From an uncultured Pelagibacteraceae bacterium (GTDB taxonomy: Bacteria > Pseudomonadota > Alphaproteobacteria > Pelagibacterales > Pelagibacteraceae): a DNA stretch of 64,000 bases. The position numbers and the translations under genes are program-made. The DNA is taken from NCBI GenBank assembly GCA_902618205.1, contig CACMZL010000005.1, positions 59,184 to 123,183 on the forward strand, in the 5' to 3' direction. The notes beneath the pieces were generated by a model. That model worked only from the letters and a program-made list of their open reading frames with translations, had not been told where the DNA came from and made no database searches. The number at the start of each line of letters is the position of its first letter. Positions within the stretch are counted from its first letter, which is position 1. Shown piece after piece: positions 61,283 through 64,000 of this stretch.

Positions 61283-62454
61283 TGAAATCTATTGAAAATA
61301 TAGAAAATATTGAAAATAAAAGTGTAATTCTTAGACTTGATTTAAATGTTCCAATAAAAAATGGAAAAATAACAGACTCTAACCGGATTGATAAGATCAT
61401 GCCTACACTAGAATTTCTATTAAAAAAAAAAGCAAAGATTATAATAATTTCTCATGTTGGAAGACCAAAAGGTAAAGTAGTTAAGGAACTTTCTCTAGAA
61501 TTGGTATCGTTATATATTAAAGGTAAAATTAAAAAAGAAGTATCATTACTTAAAGAAAACATTTTTAATTTAAATAAAGAAGACATTTTTAAGAATTCAA
61601 ATGATGAGTTGGTGCTACTTGAAAATATTAGATTTTATCCTGAAGAAGAAGCCAACGATGATAAATTTTCAAAGAAATTAGCAAGCTTAGGTGAAATATA
61701 TGTTAATGATGCATTTTCGTGTTCACATAGAGATCATGCTTCTGTTTCAAAAATAACAAAGTATATTCCATCGTACAGTGGAATTCAAATTAATGCAGAG
61801 TTAAATGCTCTCAACAAGATAACTTCTGAAATAAAAAAGCCTATAACATGTATAATTGGTGGATCTAAAATATCTTCGAAAATAAATATAATAAAAAATT
61901 TAATACCAAAATTTAATAGTATTATAATAGTTGGTGCTATGGCGAACAATATATTGAAATACAAAGGTTTAAATATTGGTAACTCTGTATATGAAAAAAA
62001 TATTGATTACATAATTCAAGAAATTTTTTCATATGCTAAAAAAAATAAATGTAAAATATATTTTCCAAAAGATGTTAAAATTGGAAAAAAATTGAACGAT
62101 AAATCTTTTGAAAAAGATTTTAAAGATATCGAAAATGATGACATGATACTTGATGTAGGATCAAAAACATTAGTTGAAATAAAAAGAATTATTGACGATT
62201 CCTCGACAATATTATGGAACGGTCCGTTAGGTTACTTTGAAAATGAGAATTTTTCACTAGGAAGTTCAGAAATTGCAAAATATATAGTAAACAGAGGGAA
62301 CAAAATATTTTCTGTTGTTGGTGGAGGCGATACAGTTGCACTAATTAATTCACTAAATATAAAAAATAAATTTAATTTTGTTTCAACTGCAGGTGGAGCA
62401 TTTTTAGAATATCTTGAAGGCAAAGTTCTCCCTGGTATAAAAGCATTAAATTAA
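61282..62454 (+). CDS. pgk: Phosphoglycerate kinase
   Basis: RLDLNVP, SHVGRP, LENIRF, NDAFS, WNGPLG, GGGDT, STAGGA. Confidence 0.96.
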   Translation: MKSIENIENIENKSVILRLDLNVPIKNGKITDSNRIDKIMPTLEFLLKKKAKIIIISHVGRPKGKVVKELSLELVSLYIKGKIKKEVSLLKENIFNLNKEDIFKNSNDELVLLENIRFYPEEEANDDKFSKKLASLGEIYVNDAFSCSHRDHASVSKITKYIPSYSGIQINAELNALNKITSEIKKPITCIIGGSKISSKINIIKNLIPKFNSIIIVGAMANNILKYKGLNIGNSVYEKNIDYIIQEIFSYAKKNKCKIYFPKDVKIGKKLNDKSFEKDFKDIENDDMILDVGSKTLVEIKRIIDDSSTILWNGPLGYFENENFSLGSSEIAKYIVNRGNKIFSVVGGGDTVALINSLNIKNKFNFVSTAGGAFLEYLEGKVLPGIKALN

Positions 62455-63468
62455 ATGACTGAATTAAACAAAATTGCTCTTCAAATATTATCAAATGGCA
62501 AAGGTATACTTGCAGCTGATGAAAGTACGGCCACAATGACAAAAAGATTAGATTCAGTAAAAGTACATTCCGATGAAAATAATAGACTACTTTTTAGACA
62601 AACTCTTTTTTCATCTTCATCAATGAGTAAATGTATTGGTGGAGTAATACTATATGATGAAACAATAAGACAAAAAACATCTAATGGAAAAACTATACCT
62701 GAACTAATAAACTCAAGTGGTTCGTTAGCAGGGATTAAAGTTGATACAGGAACCAAGATATTGGCAGGATCTAAAGAAGAAAAAATTACTGAAGGTTTGG
62801 ATGGTTTAAGAGAAAGACTTAATGATTATTATGAACTTGGAGCAAGATTTACAAAATGGAGAGGAGTTTTTTTGATTTCAGAAGATTATCCTAGCCATTT
62901 ATCAATTAATGCAAATAGTCATGCATTAGCTAGGTATGCCGCGCTAGTTCAAGAAGCGGGGATGGTACCAATTATTGAACCAGAAGTTTTGATGGATGGT
63001 AATCACACCGCAAAAGATTGTATGAATAAAACATCCAAGGTAATTAAAAAATGTTATGAAGAATTAGATTTAAATAAAGTAGATTTAACTGGTACAATTT
63101 TAAAACCTAATATGATTTTGCCAGGAGCAGATTGTTCAGAACAAATTTCAAATGAAGAAATTGCTGAATTAACTTTAGAATGCTTAAAAAAAAATGTTCC
63201 ATCAGAAGTCCCAGGCATAGCATTTCTATCAGGTGGTCAAAACGAAATTGAAGCAACAGCCAATTTAAATGAAATTAATAAAAAAAATAACACAGGTTTT
63301 ATTATGACATATTCCTACGGAAGAGCACTACAACAAAGTGCGTTAAAGTTTTGGTCTAAAGACATAAATAATATAATTGGTACTCAAGAAATATTTGATC
63401 ATAGGGCAAAAATGTGTACTTTAGCTGCACAAGGGAAATGGTCAAAAAATCTTGAAAATAAAAAATAG
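62455..63468 (+). CDS. fba: Fructose-bisphosphate aldolase class I
   Basis: GKGILAADES, GIKVDTG, FTKWR, IIEPE, LKPNM, FLSGGQ, YSYGRALQ. Confidence 0.95.
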   Translation: MTELNKIALQILSNGKGILAADESTATMTKRLDSVKVHSDENNRLLFRQTLFSSSSMSKCIGGVILYDETIRQKTSNGKTIPELINSSGSLAGIKVDTGTKILAGSKEEKITEGLDGLRERLNDYYELGARFTKWRGVFLISEDYPSHLSINANSHALARYAALVQEAGMVPIIEPEVLMDGNHTAKDCMNKTSKVIKKCYEELDLNKVDLTGTILKPNMILPGADCSEQISNEEIAELTLECLKKNVPSEVPGIAFLSGGQNEIEATANLNEINKKNNTGFIMTYSYGRALQQSALKFWSKDINNIIGTQEIFDHRAKMCTLAAQGKWSKNLENKK

Positions 63469-64000
63469 AAAATTTATTTATCTTATATCGCCTAATAAAA
63501 TTAAAAATTCCTTTTTTAAAACTCTAAACTTGGTTTTAAAATCAAAAAAAGTTTCTTTTTTTCAATTAAGACTTAAAAATGAAAAAATAGAAAAAAAAAT
63601 GATAATTGCAAAAAAAATATTAAAAATTTGTAAAATAAATAAGGTTAAATTTATTATAAATGATGATCCAGATCTTGCTTTAAAAATCGATGCGGATGGA
63701 TGCCATTTAGGTCAAGATGATGTAAATTTAATAGAAGCAAAAAAAATTTTAAAAAATAAAATTATAGGTATTACATGTCATAATTCCTATAGACTAGCGA
63801 AAAAAGCTGAAATTTCTGGCGCTACATATGTTGCATTAGGAGCATTTTATAAAACGAAAACAAAAAAAATTGTGCATAAAGCGAGTATTAAAACTCTTAA
63901 AAAAATTAAAAAAGCGATAAATTTACCAGTGGTTGCAATCGGAGGAATAAATGAAAAAAATTATAGAAATCTATTATTGAATAAAGCAGATTTTTTAGCT
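63452..64000 (+). CDS. thiE: Thiamine-phosphate synthase, partial (runs off the right edge)
   Basis: Not in the ORF track. Manual translation from TTG at 63452 gives FIYLISP, FQLRLK, INDD, ADGCHLGQDD, GITCHNS, YVALGAFY, VAIGGI, and stays open to base 64000. Confidence 0.92.
   Translation, partial: MKIKNRKFIYLISPNKIKNSFFKTLNLVLKSKKVSFFQLRLKNEKIEKKMIIAKKILKICKINKVKFIINDDPDLALKIDADGCHLGQDDVNLIEAKKILKNKIIGITCHNSYRLAKKAEISGATYVALGAFYKTKTKKIVHKASIKTLKKIKKAINLPVVAIGGINEKNYRNLLLNKADFLA

Overview
A very AT-rich (roughly 30% GC by eye, not computed), tightly packed alphaproteobacterial core-genome segment. Minimal spacers, overlapping genes, thyX, a permuted two-piece tmRNA with tag ANESYALAA and the gene order point to Pelagibacterales (SAR11); this assignment is an inference. 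Contents in order: a prepilin peptidase-MoxR-DUF58-transglutaminase(DUF3488)-like unit, whose last gene is missing from the ORF track and cut by the window edge; a GAF-PP2C phosphatase; rodA-mrdA-mreDCB; leuA-ilvC-ilvH-ilvB; miaA-degP-DUF2065-hflCK; mrp; thyX; ssrA; tRNA-Leu(GAG); nadA-nadC; ppdK-glyS-glyQ-S49 peptidase; ispB; pdxH; aroC; dxs-ispA-xseB; tsaC plus an ABC-2 exporter; tRNA-Arg(UCG); rluD-rpoH; an Ig-repeat autotransporter; purA-thiD-glmM-folP-ftsH-tilS; the tol-pal operon; a non-canonical RuvC-fold nuclease; yebC-ymdB-ygfA-zapA; tkt-gap-pgk-fba; and a partial thiE. I saw no CRISPR array, integrase, transposase or rRNA. Best leads: (1) a MOC1/phage-type RuvC-like nuclease alone in the slot where ruvCAB normally lies; (2) a tRNA-Arg with the rare UCG anticodon; (3) prepilin peptidase apparently co-transcribed with a MoxR/DUF58/transglutaminase module; (4) an Mrp/ApbC lacking its Fe-S-binding CxxC; (5) recurrent promoter geometry implying leaderless mRNAs; (6) a perfect palindrome joining the xseB and tsaC start codons. 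All calls come from reading motifs by eye; no searches were run.
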